Part shown: piece by piece, positions 37,290 to 48,872 of the stretch
Position numbering within the stretch: position 1 is the stretch's first letter
Layout of the letters: each line of letters begins with the position of its first letter
NCBI GenBank assembly: GCA_040285855.1
Contig: JAUFOQ010000002.1
Span: forward strand, 868,001-932,000
Direction: 5' to 3'
From: Eukaryota sp. GEM-RC1
Taxonomy: Eukaryota
Length of the DNA stretch: 64,000 bases
Notes under the pieces: model-generated
The model's database searches: none
What the model was told of the DNA's origin: nothing
The model's input: the letters and a program-made list of their open reading frames with translations, nothing else
Translations under genes and position numbers: made by a program

Positions 37290-37630
37290 AACAGCCCTCA
37301 CTTTGGTGTCTTCCGAAGCGTGGACTCGTTAAGTCGAGTCTTATCAACAGGAATAATAGTCTTATTACAATAAGATACGTAATTGGTTGCTATCTGTATT
37401 TGGACCATACTTTGTTGCATTTCGTTGGCTTAGTGCATTCCTACAGCTTCAGAAACCTTCCTGTCAAGAGGACTTTCGGGTATGAAGAGAATCAAATCAC
37501 TAAAATCACGCACGTGAGATAAGAAAGACACTGTATCCGGGTTGGTGTTTGGTCGACACTCACTCCTCTTACCTAAGAGCGTACCGATGTTGCCTCACCC
37601 GGGTACTTCATATAAAGGGTCTATGACCGC
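37290..37630. ncRNA. Candidate structured RNA of unknown class
   Basis: Dense set of stems: GACTCG/CGAGTC, TCTTAT/ATAAGA, GTGTCTT/AAGACAC, CTTCA/TGAAG, GTATCCGGGT/ACCCGGGTAC, CTCTT/AAGAG and GGTC/GACC. Confidence 0.4.
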
Positions 37631-38016
37631 AAAGCTTACGTATTACCCTGGGATCTTTTTCTTCCACTAGGTGATAATACAGACACCAGAGGATGAGTAT
37701 CATCTTCAACAATGATCACACTCCTCATCACGACAGTCAATGATGATAGCTCCTTCATGAAACAAGTCAGAAGATTTAGGGTGAGAGTGAGTGATAGGAA
37801 ATGTAAGATCAGACACGTAAAAAACACGTTTCCGAAACGTGGAAACGTTTCCGAAACGTTTCGTGTAACACTAATAGAATCTTCGGCAACTTGGGATAAG
37901 TCTCATCATTTCTCTCTCTTGTTTCCTTTCAACTTTGATGCAATCCTTATTGTCCTCTGACACTAACCTTTTTGGGTTTTCCGTGTCTACTGTATGTTGT
38001 ATACACACTCGGTCTA

Positions 38017-41000
38017 ATGTCAGAATGTAACTTTTGATGATGGAAACAATCTGCCGTCAGAAATAGCATCTAAGCTCGAAGATGTTGAACGTTCTGCCAA
38101 AATGGAACTCGGTAGTCCCTCCGCTCCTCTAATCCTTGCTGTAGCTCCCGTAAGCTCCACTCCTGCAAGTCCCTTCAGCATTAGTTTGTTCAAACTCTTG
38201 ACATTTCATACTAGTTTACAACGTTGGGCTGAATGACGAAATTGTTGCAAGCGAGCTCGCTTCAGGTAGTTCTCCTTCCCTAACTTACGACCGCTACCGT
38301 CGTTGTATTAAATCCTTTGCAACCACAGTTCTAGGAATCCCCGATCAAGATTTTGGTAACATTTCCCGTGGATTCAACTCCGATATTAGTGTTATTGAAA
38401 TGAAGAGCGTAGTTGACAAGTACCTACAGCTGATCCTTGACTCTGGTACCTCTTTCCCTCAGAATTGTCACGAACAGCTTTGCATGGTTATTTAATGTTT
38501 GTTGCAAACTAATGAACAAGTAAGAATAGATGTTGTTTCTGTAGCCTGTGTGGGAACTGATGAACCTATTATTTTGAGTGCAACTTCTGCCGGCAATTAT
38601 GAAGTTGCCGAATATCCATTTGTTGATAACGATGGTCCTGAATGCGCAGTCCAATTGGAACCTCTTCCTGACTATGCAGCTAATGTTAGTCCTTTAAGAA
38701 AAGGTATGAACTTTTTCGCTAAGGGACGTACTAGAATGGTCATTGGTGGGCTTGCCCTAATTGCTGTTGTTCTTCTTGCAATAGTATTTTCCATGATGTA
38801 TATGGGTAAGGACAGTGTTCATTCTCTCAAACTGACTTTTGTCAATGAAAAGACCAAACACCTATTCCAAATGTAGTTGTACAATCTTTGCATCAAAATT
38901 TTGGAAGCAAAAAGTAATAACAAAGGAGTCGTTACTATTCCTATGGCAGCATCAGTGGAATCTGAAATATTGGTTATGCATCTCAATTTCTTTGATCGTC
39001 AACTTACATTTACTCTTGAAGATTCTTTTGAAGATACTATATCCTTGAAAAGTCATGGTTTTGTGTCTTCTTTTGCTAGTGGATCTATTACTGGCTATGA
39101 TGCTTCATTCGGTCTTGATGTAGAAATTCCTTCTATGCTCAATAATGTCAACATTACTGTCATTGATGAAAATGCTTTCAAATCTAAAGGTATAGTTTCG
39201 GTTGTTATTCCTGACACTGTCTTGGAGATCCGACAATCTGCTTTCGAGTCCAATAGTCTACAGTCAGTATTCATTCCAAATGATGTTACGATTATCTCGC
39301 CGTCGGCATTTGCTAATAATCTTTTGGAGTCTGTTTCATACGGAAGTGGTGTCACTTCTATTGGTACGAATGCCTTCACTTTCAATCAATTGACTACTCT
39401 CGATCACCCCTTTTATTGGAAACCACAGGTAACAATTTGAAGAACGTTCTATCATCATTTCCCACACTTCTCGATGGTGTCACTACTATTGAAGACGGTG
39501 CTTTCCAAGCCAATCATTTGACAGCGCTCGTCGTTCCCAACAGTGTTATTAGTATTGGAGCTTCTGCTTTTAGTGGTAACCAGCTAACTGAAGTAACATT
39601 TGGAAGTGCACTGCAATCTCTTGGAGAAAACGTCTTTGAAGATAATCTCTTAACATCAGTTGAACTACCTGACAGTCTCCTTGAAATTGGAAGCTCGATT
39701 TTCAAGGGAAATCACATCACTTCTGTAAGTCTTGGAACTGGTATTACAACCATCGGAGATTATGCTTTTGATGGACACAATTTGACATCAATTACTCTTG
39801 GAAGTGCAGTAGTACACATCGGAACTGCTGCTTTTAGACGTAATCGTTTTACCTCGATCGTTATTCCCAACAGTGTCACATTTATTGGAGATTTGGCGTT
39901 TAGTTCCAATATGTTGAATGAAATTACATTTGGATCTTCTAGTTCTCTTGAACATATCGGAGGTTCTGCTTTTAGAGATAATCATTTGACTTCACTCAGT
40001 ATTCCTAACTCTGTTGCTTTTATTGGAGCCTCTGCTTTCAAGGGAAATCAACTAAGTACTCTTGTTCTTCAATATGGTGTCACATCTATTGGAAATTCTG
40101 CTTTTGAAGATAACCATGTAAGTTCTCTCGTTATTCCCAATTCTGTTGTTGCTATTGGAGATTCTACATTCCGTAACAACAAGTTGACTGGTGTTCAATT
40201 TGGTTCTTCTCTTGAACATATCGGAAATGCTGCTTTTGAACATAACACATTACCATTCCTGGTCGTTCCCAACTCTGTTTCTACTGTTGGTGAGGCTGCA
40301 TTCCGTAATAATGAGTTGACTTCTATCACATTCGGAACAAATTTCCAACATATCGGAACTTCTGTGTTTGAAAATAACCTATTAACTGCTCTTACCATTC
40401 CTCTCAGTGTCATTACCATTGGAGATTCATCTTTCAAGAACAACCTTCTCGATACACTTACTCTTCCTAACACTGCCATCTCCTTAGGAGACTCTGCTTT
40501 TGAAAATAACAAATTAGCACATGTCACAATTCCTGTCGGTGTAACAACCGTTGGAGATTTCGCTTTCCGTAACAATCAGTTAATTACTATTACACTGGGT
40601 ACTCCTCTTCAACATATTGGAAGTGCTGCTTTTGAAAACAACAAAATAGCAGCAGTCAACATTCCTAATAGTGTCACAAGTATGGGAGATGCTGCTTTCC
40701 GTAACAATCTGATTGCTGGTATTACATTCGGAACTGGTCTTGATCATATTGCAACTTCTACTTTTGAAATTAATCGAATGGGAGCAATCGATATTCCTGC
40801 ATACATTATTACTATTGGAGACTTGTCTTTCAAAAAGAATATTATATCGAGTGTGACTATGTATCAAGGAACTACATCCATTGGAAATTCTGCTTTTGAA
40901 GACAATATAATTGACACTCAAAGTATCCCTCACACTGTTGAAACTATTGGAGATTCTGCATTCCGTAATAATAGGGTGGCTTCGCTTACAATGGGAACTT

Positions 41001-42118
41001 CTGTTAGACATGTTGGAAGTACTGCTTTTGAAGACAATATAATTGACACTCAAAGTATCCCTCACACTGTTGAAACTATTGGAGATTCTGCATTCCGTAA
41101 TAATAGGGTGGCTTCGCTTACAATGGGAACTTCTGTTAGACATGTTGGAAGTACTGCTTTTGAAGACAATATAATTGACACTCAAAGTATCCCTCACACT
41201 GTTGAAACTATTGGAGATTCTGCATTCCGTAATAATAGGGTGGCTTCGCTTACAATGGGAACTTCTGTTAGACATGTTGGAAGTACTGCTTTTGAAAACA
41301 ATCTCTTACACACGCTCAACATTCCCAACTCTGTCGAAACTATGGGATACGCTGCATTCCGTAACAATAAGTTGACCGCCATTTCATTTGGAACTGCTTT
41401 TAATCACATTGGACCTTCTGTCTTTGAAAATAACATGTTTACCACACTCAATATTCCTTACACTGTAATCACTATTGGAGACTCATCTTTCAAGGGAAAT
41501 CCAATCGGTACTCTTAATCTTGTTAATGACATCACCTCTATTGGAAATTCTGCATTTGAAAGTAATCAAATATCCGCGCTTGCTATTCCTTCTTCTGTTG
41601 TTGCTATTGGAGATTCTGCCTTCCGTAACAACGGTTTGACTAGTCTGTCATTCGGAGCTGGTCTTGAACATATCGGAACTGCTGCTTTTGAAAGTAATCA
41701 AATACCCACACTCTCTATTCCTACATCTCTCACTACCATTGGAGATTTTGCATTTGCTTCAAATACGTTGACCACTTTAACTTTTGAAGGAACCTCACTC
41801 GTTACTGTTTCAGCTTCAACTTTCTCTTCAAACCTGCTGAAATCCGTGACTATTCCGCAAGGAGTCACTTTGATTGATGCTTCTGCATTTTTAAACAATC
41901 TTTTTGAATCTGTTGTTATCAGTAGCTCTGTTGAAACCATTTCTGAAAATGCCTTTTCTTGTACTCCTGATGATCAGTTTACATCTATTCAAATTGATGT
42001 AAATGGTGCTGATGTTCATGCTGAGGCTTTCCCTTCTAATTTCGCTGATGTATATGGTAATAATGGAGCAGGTTCTTATACTAGAGGAGCTGATTTAATG
42101 TGGACACTTGCAGCATAG
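38017..42118 (+). CDS. BspA-like (TpLRR/LRR_5) leucine-rich repeat surface protein with N-terminal TM anchor; several frame breaks
   Basis: About 40 repeats of LxxxxIPxSVxxIGxxAFxxN, TM segment MVIGGLALIAVVLLAIVFSMMYM and a probable 31-nt intron at 38184-38214 (GTTTGT...CTAG). The 5' structure is uncertain. Confidence 0.85.
40890..41296 (+). repeat. 132-bp tandem repeat x3 (two LRRs per unit)
   Basis: Identical unit starts GACAATATAATT at 40901, 41033 and 41165. Confidence 0.95.
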
Positions 42119-42266
42119 GCGTGTTAAATAAACGATAATAATTTACATACAGTACTCTTTATTATACAAGTATTTCTTCACCAACAACTACACCGTCCAT
42201 TTAACTTCAATGTCACTGACTCTTCCTGCCCACATATGAAGTAATATCAGTGAATTCAGAAAATTC

Positions 42267-43490
42267 TAGGGTTGTTCATGGATGACCATCCATCCACGAA
42301 ATCCATCATCCATCCATTGTAAATGAGGTTTTCGCTCACCCACATGGATCATGGATGGTCCTTCTTCAGCCATACATATTTCTTAGTTTTTTCATTACTG
42401 AAATAGAAGAACTTGCTGAATGTAGTATAATCAATCATACCTGAGATATACTAATACATATACACTGTATACGATTGTATATACAATGTTTATACAAGAC
42501 CCCTCATTTGTATACCAATGTGTATATTTCTGTATATTTGGAGCAATACAGGAAGTGTCCAATATTGCATAAGTATCCCTTCTAGGTGTGTACAAATCCA
42601 TCTTTTAGTAATACGATTTAGACATATCTAGCAATGTTGGAAGTATTGGAGACTAAATGTTGAAAAGCAAACTTCTTACTGGTACATTTGCTACTTCAAA
42701 ATATGGACTCTTTTACAACATACTATTTAGAAGAATTCACATGTATAGCTCTCCTCTCCTCTTCTGTTTCTCTTCAGTCCGTTGTTACACTGATGGATGC
42801 TCCCATTTTCAGCTTCACCTTTCATCTATCAAGACACTGATTTATCTAACGTGCTGGACAGTGCCTCTTGAACTTGAAAAGACGAACATGTTAAAGAGTG
42901 AATTCCTCTCAATACCAGCAGAAATAGAATGAGTTGTTTCTACCTTTAAATTAAGAGATAAGTTTATGTTGCTGTAACATTTTCAGGCATCTTATACCCA
43001 AACAGTTGCTGTATATTATTGTATATACATGTATATTTCTCTGGAGTCTGTGTATATCTCAGGTATGTAATCAATTGCACACCGAAAGCGTGCAGAGGTC
43101 AGCATTAGTTCGTAAAAAGGTTTGCAATGTTATTCATTTTTGCACGTTCAAGACTGGGTTATGACTTTGTCGAAACTTCTTTACGTTTAAAGTCATGGAA
43201 CAAGAAGAGAGAATTGTTCAAATAACTCAACACTTTAAGTTTGTATCTAATGATCATAATAAATGTTTTATTCAAATTTGATTCTAGGCCTGCGCAAGAT
43301 GGATTTTTTGCTGAGAGTCTATTTTGATTTGTTGCTTCTACACTTGGTTACAAAACGTAAGTAGAATAAAGTATCTTGTTTAAAAGAGTGTCTTTAACGT
43401 AAAAGAAATTTTTATACTTGCAATCCGTGGATTCGGCTGGATGGATGGATGGAGGATGGATGTGGGTCACTATGAGTGATCCATGGATCT
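42267..43490. mobile_element. hAT-like MITE, right TIR truncated
   Basis: Left end TAGGGTTGTTCATGG with ATCC repeats, mirrored by GGAT repeats at 43425-43490. Confidence 0.65.
42436..43067. mobile_element. hAT MITE (nested)
   Basis: Perfect TIR CATACCTGAGATATAC and TSD TAATCAAT. Confidence 0.92.
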
Positions 43491-43647
43491 ATTTAAATAT
43501 TGAAATGTTATTGCATAAAAATATTTATTTTTTTCCATCACATATTGAAATATTTATTTTTTGTCAAGTCTGATTGCAACATTTATTGTTCGTCATGATA
43601 TTTATTGCAATATTTCATTGTTTCTACCAAAGTGCGAAACCATGTTC

Positions 43648-44789
43648 CAGGAATGTGTATTATCGATATCTTTTATTTATCTTTTGTTGGGCAACTTCGA
43701 TAAATATATTGTCAGGGGAAAATATCTTATTTATTTATCGACTATTGAGCCATGAATCGATAAATATATCTTTGATAATTGAATGATATACAATATAAAT
43801 ATGAAAGATATCTCTATTAATAAACTACGTTTACTAAACTTAACGCATTTCCAAGCCCCACGCGTATATCTGTGCTCAGTCTTTGGAGGGGTTGGGGCAG
43901 AATAAGCTAACATAAAGTGGAAGTTGGCAACTTTGGCATAACCTATAGCCGCAAAGTTTTTTCGGGACAACTTATGGGCCATGATGGAATTATGCAGCGG
44001 CAAACAATTTCTCCAACATCATTTATCACTCCTCACAGCATTTTGGAATACACCGATTGCTTCAATTAGTCTCACTGGAAAGTAGTCTCAGTGAGACTAA
44101 TTCCGATATAACAGTTTCTATTTTGACCTCCCAAGTATTACTACTTTGGTTGTTTTTAACGAGAAAGATGCAACAAAAATACATTTGATTGAATGAACTT
44201 TTACAGTTAGAAGAACTTGTACACTGATAAGATCAACTTAAAACTCAACTTGAAAATCTGATTCCTCTCTGAACACTCTGTATCATATGTTCTAGCTTCA
44301 TCCGTAGCTTTAAGGCCCAAAGCATCTTCCAAGGTCCAACTGAAAATGGTACAGGAGTTTGGCATTGATATAACTTGAACATTGATCTTCAAGAAACACA
44401 GATGTAACAAGGGCAGAGTTTATTTGTTAAAGAGATTAATAACTCAAATTAGAGAGACGGTTTTTAAAAAACAAACGATGCCATGGAATGATGTATTTAG
44501 TGAGACTAGTACAACTGCGAAACAATTAGCAATTACTCTCACTAATTACGATACGTGACCAGTGAAAGTGACGTAACTGAAACAATCATTCGTCTTTCAG
44601 AGAAATCACTCACTGAAACCAGAAAAATGTTCTAATTGGTCTCCAAAAATATCTTTCTTTATCGCAATATATCGGAATATTGTTGGCGACAGTCGATCAA
44701 TATATCTTTCAGAATTTTTGGGTCGATAAGATATCGATAAGTAGATATATCGTTATCGAACAATAAGATTTTATCGATACACATTCCTG
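43648..44789. mobile_element. hAT MITE (nested)
   Basis: TIR CAGGAATGTGTAT, TSD CCATGTTC and ATCGAT subterminal repeats. Confidence 0.92.
44051..44557. mobile_element. Pogo-derived MITE
   Basis: TA|CACCG...AATTAGTCTCACTGGAAA...GTCTCAGTGAGACTAATT matches the left end of the pogo element at 61914. Right end is degenerate and approximate. Confidence 0.65.
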
Positions 44790-45599
44790 CCATGTTCTCT
44801 ACAATTACAGAAGGTACATTTCTTGTATCTAGTGCTGATTCTTACGGTCAATGAAGGTTTTTGGTTCTTCTCCTTGGTTATAGTAATGTGAAACATACAA
44901 TTTCTGAACTTTCGTTCTTTGCTGAACATATTTCTGTTCTTTTCACATGAATTTGAAACCGCAGCACGTGACATTGTTATACTTCAAGCTCATGGATCGG
45001 CAGCCTGAATCAGTTCCAGCTGGCAAGGTTGCATGTCAACGTAAATACTGCACTGCCAGCAACCCTTTCATCCTGTTCGTGAAGAAGCATTCCTATTACA
45101 CCACCTTCTGTCCCCGTTGTTTCGGTTTTTAATACGATGTGATTCCATAAAATAAATATTATGATAAGTACAAAAGAATAGGTAACGTCTTTAGTCATCG
45201 AACTCAAAGAAGAGTTGTGTCACAGAAATATTTATGGAATGTTGCAATAATTGCAATATGTATTTATTAGTCAACTGTATTGCAATATTTATTGCTTGAA
45301 CTGAACCTGTTGAAATATTTATTGTTGACCATGATATTTACTAGTATTTAAATATTTTTTCCAACCCCTAAATAAAAGGGTACTTTCGAACTGAAGTTTC
45401 TAGGTTTTTTTGCAGAAAAACACGTACACACGCGGTGTTTTTTTTGCGTGTTTAGTTGCGTGTTTTTGAAAGAGACTGTGTCCGTGTCTACGCGTGTCTT
45501 CGAACACTGCTGTAACCACAGGAAAATATATTAATTACAAGAATTTCGTATTACATTGTTTTTTTTGGAAATAGTTTTATTATAAATGTAATAGATCAA

Positions 45600-46700
45600 A
45601 CAACTAAAATTTGATATCATTAAAACAACACCCATCGCTATCAAACCTTACAACAGCTTTGTCCTCATAAAACGAACTCACTGCTAATAAAGCCTTGGAG
45701 ATGATTAGGGGAACTGTTTTAAAAATAGTAAAAACGATCCGATTCAACCATAACATATGATCAAAACGTTTGTTCATCCTATTTTTTACGATTCTTCCGA
45801 AATCGTTTAAAGAATTCAATGCACTTTTTCCTAAACGTCCGTAAATTGAAATAGCAAAGGGGATAATTCGTACTCAACATGTTTTACATGTTTTAAAGCC
45901 ATCAATGGTTTATTGTACTTATCCTGTTTGGCCTGTTCAGAAATGTCTGAAGGAGAAGTTTCAGACGAAGCGTTCTTTAAAGATGTCTTCTTACAAACAT
46001 CCACTGACACTACATCAACAACAAACAATTTGTCTGAAGAAGAAGGGACAACAACATCTGCTCTCCGTTTGCCAAAAAATTGGTTCTGTTTTTCGACATT
46101 ACTATTATTACTTGGTTCTAAAGATCTTAGAAGTGGTTCAACAAATGACTCAATTTTGTAAGACTTACACATAGCATGTATTTGATCTCTTACAGCATCA
46201 TGCATACACGCTCGATAAGTTATGTAGCGATTACAACTTAACAGATGAGAAAACGTTAATTGTTTTCCACATCTATATTGAAGATCATTTGACAAATTAT
46301 ATTGCCATAAATCACAACGAAGTCTCATTGTAGTGGTACATTGATGATCATTTAACAACAAACCATATACTTGTGGAATTTGATTAATTAATGCCACAGT
46401 AGAACTCTCCTTTAAATCAATTTAAAAATTCTAAATTATTATTACATTGTATTATTATTTACTAATAAAAATGTTGGAATGAAGCAAGCTATTCGAAATT
46501 ACTTGAGTTTAGACCTGAGTCGGAGTTTCAATTGGGAGTCAACAATACAATCAGACTGCTTAAAAAGTGGGATCCTTACGCCACCAACACCAAGCAACAA
46601 AGACTGTCAATGGACGAACTCTCAACATTTGATTTATTAGTTAGATCATAGTATTGATAGTTCCAGAAGCAGTTGTAGGAAGATTACCAAATTACAAATG
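45600..46700 (-). pseudogene. 3' part of an RLE-type (CRE/SLACS-like) non-LTR retrotransposon
   Basis: Zinc knuckle CG...HLLSC, HDAVRD, VEP, RRADVV...VVDV and EQAKQDKY fit a restriction-like endonuclease. No RT domain visible. Confidence 0.8.
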
Positions 46701-46727
46701 TATACATTGTACAAGGTTCCTTATTCT

Positions 46728-48617
46728 CAGGGATGGGAAATATTGAATTTCCAATCGAATATTGCCAATCATCATCAATATATATTGATTGATCCGCTGT
46801 TTTTCAATATCAATATATTGCCAGAATTGCCAATACAATATGTCTCTAATAAAACAACATATTTACTTTTTCTTCCCTTACATGCCTGACAATAAAGTCG
46901 TTTGGGGGGTCTTTTATACCCTGTAGTCAACAATTGACAGCCATGAAACCTGGAAATGTGTGTGTGGAGAGATCCGAAAACGAAACACTTAGAGTTCATT
47001 CCTGCAACTTCTGTTGAAGTGGAAAGATTATTTTCTCGCATTACTAGTAAGCTTTTTAAGGGCCAAAATCGATTTTGTTTATCGTCAGCAAGATTTGAGC
47101 AATAGGCATGGCTGCTCTTCAATCGAATGTGAACACTTTTAGAAATGCTTGCCAATCCCACTGGTCTGAAGAAGATGAAATCGTTGATGGAGATGGAGTT
47201 TAGAGTCTCAAACATACATGTTGATCACACTCGTTTTGTCAGTGTGATCACAATCACAACCACAATCACAACCACATCACACGATCACATGTGATCACAA
47301 TCACAAATTATGATCACAAATACTGTTTATTGGGAAAAATCAAGTTGATAATGATGTATTATAATATTTATACATATCGAATCGAACTTACATAACCCTA
47401 CAGCTTTCTTTTGCGAACACGATCTATTTCACTGACCTGAGACCAATCTACATCAATGTGCTCCTCCATATCTGCTCCTTCGATCACAAAAGCTTCTCCA
47501 ATATACTCTTATCATCCTCATCCTCATCGTCATCTGTGATGTCGTCAAAAACATCTCTCAAATCAACATTTGCTACCACATCCATTGTATCTGCCGGTTG
47601 TTCTTCTTCTGCCAACAACACTAAAGACCCATATTTCCACATCCAAAAGAACATCCCCCACTCTAGATTTGGTCTCCAGTATTTAGTTGAGAATACCGAG
47701 ATTCAAATTTTTGGGTTCTTGTTTTAGAAGAGGAGTATTGAAATGAATAATCGTCATGTCATCCAAATCATCGTTGGTCAATTTCAAGTTGTTTCAAGTT
47801 GAAATTTTCAACCTTCTTTGGACACCTGGAAGTCAAATGAAGACCAATTCCTTTCTGTTGTAGATGCTGAACCAGTATGGCCTGTTATTCTTTGAGCTAA
47901 TTGACTCAACTGTGGATAAAGCTGTCTACCAACAGAGTACCACCATTGATGGATAGCGAAATTAATGACTTCAGAAGTAGTAAGTTTTGTGGTAAAATCT
48001 ATTGTATGATATAGTATTGTTTGATATCTTATAGCACCCTTGACATTGAAAGTCTTCCTTACCTGATGTGTTTTCATGAACTTTCACGAGCTGGTAAAGC
48101 GGATTGTCCTTGTTACAATCGGATTGGAGAAAAGGAAGTGATGTCATTGTTCGGAAAGGGTAAATGTAGTTTTCGAGCACCAGATTAGACTCTAAACTTG
48201 TGCTCTATACTGTAGAGTGTTGTTGAACAATTAAAACTGGTCTAGGTTTATCACATACATGTATTATATAAATGACGTCACTTCAGTATGGATCACATTT
48301 GAATCACAAGTGATGTGATCACAAATAAAAGGCCAGTGTGATCACATGTGATCACAATCACAATGTGATCACATGTGTTTGTGATCCACAAGTATGGTCT
48401 CAAAACTTAAGACTATTTGTTCGCAACAAATTGTTGCATTTCTTTTGTAGTATAAAATTTAGATAGGTTTTGTTTTGATATCTTTCATTAATTTAAGTGT
48501 ATTAACTATACAATCTACATATTGCAATATTGGCAATATATTGGAGCCACTACTGTATTGATTGGTGAGCTGTTTTCCAATACCAATATATTGCCAATCC
48601 AATATTTCCTATCCCTG
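46728..48617 (+). mobile_element. Non-autonomous hAT element (outer)
   Basis: TIR CAGGGATrGGAAATATTG, TSD CTTATTCT and relic FIPATSVEVERLFS at ~46990. Confidence 0.92.
47213..48396 (-). mobile_element. Non-autonomous hAT element (nested)
   Basis: TIR CATACwTGTkGATCACA, TSD GTCTCAAA and relic WWYSVG..YPQLSQLA...SASTTERNWS. Confidence 0.92.
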
Positions 48618-48714
48618 CTTATTCTCGGTGAGAATCACTTAACTTCAGTTCTACTTCTACAATGTGTAGAAGTGTAGTATTTTTTCTGAGATTTCTTTTC
48701 TTTTCTCTTTCTTA

Positions 48715-48872
48715 CCACTGTGAATTTCATTCCAAATGCATAAAGGCATAACCCTTCACATTTTCATGATCTCATGAGCAAGCTCGTAAGCAAACTCATG
48801 AGCAAAATTCACAGTTTGACAAATAAATGTCCTCATTCGCAAAGTCTTTTAAGACGAGCTAACTTCATAGAT
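48715..48872 (-). ncRNA. Putative Fanzor omegaRNA scaffold (right end of copy 2)
   Basis: Homologous to 3856-3983. Perfect 10-bp closing stem CTGTGAATTT/AAATTCACAG (48718-48727 with 48805-48814), with inner hairpins. Confidence 0.75.

Larger units (their letters stand above)
43490..45370. mobile_element. hAT-like element, left TIR lost
   Basis: Right end ATATTTTTTCCAACCCCTA and ATTGCAAT subterminal repeats at both sides. Confidence 0.55.

Noticed and set aside
37826..37873. ACGTTTCCGAAACGT palindromic repeats as a regulatory array
   Set aside because: They end in CGTGTAACACTA, consistent with subterminal repeats of a solo hAT-type end.
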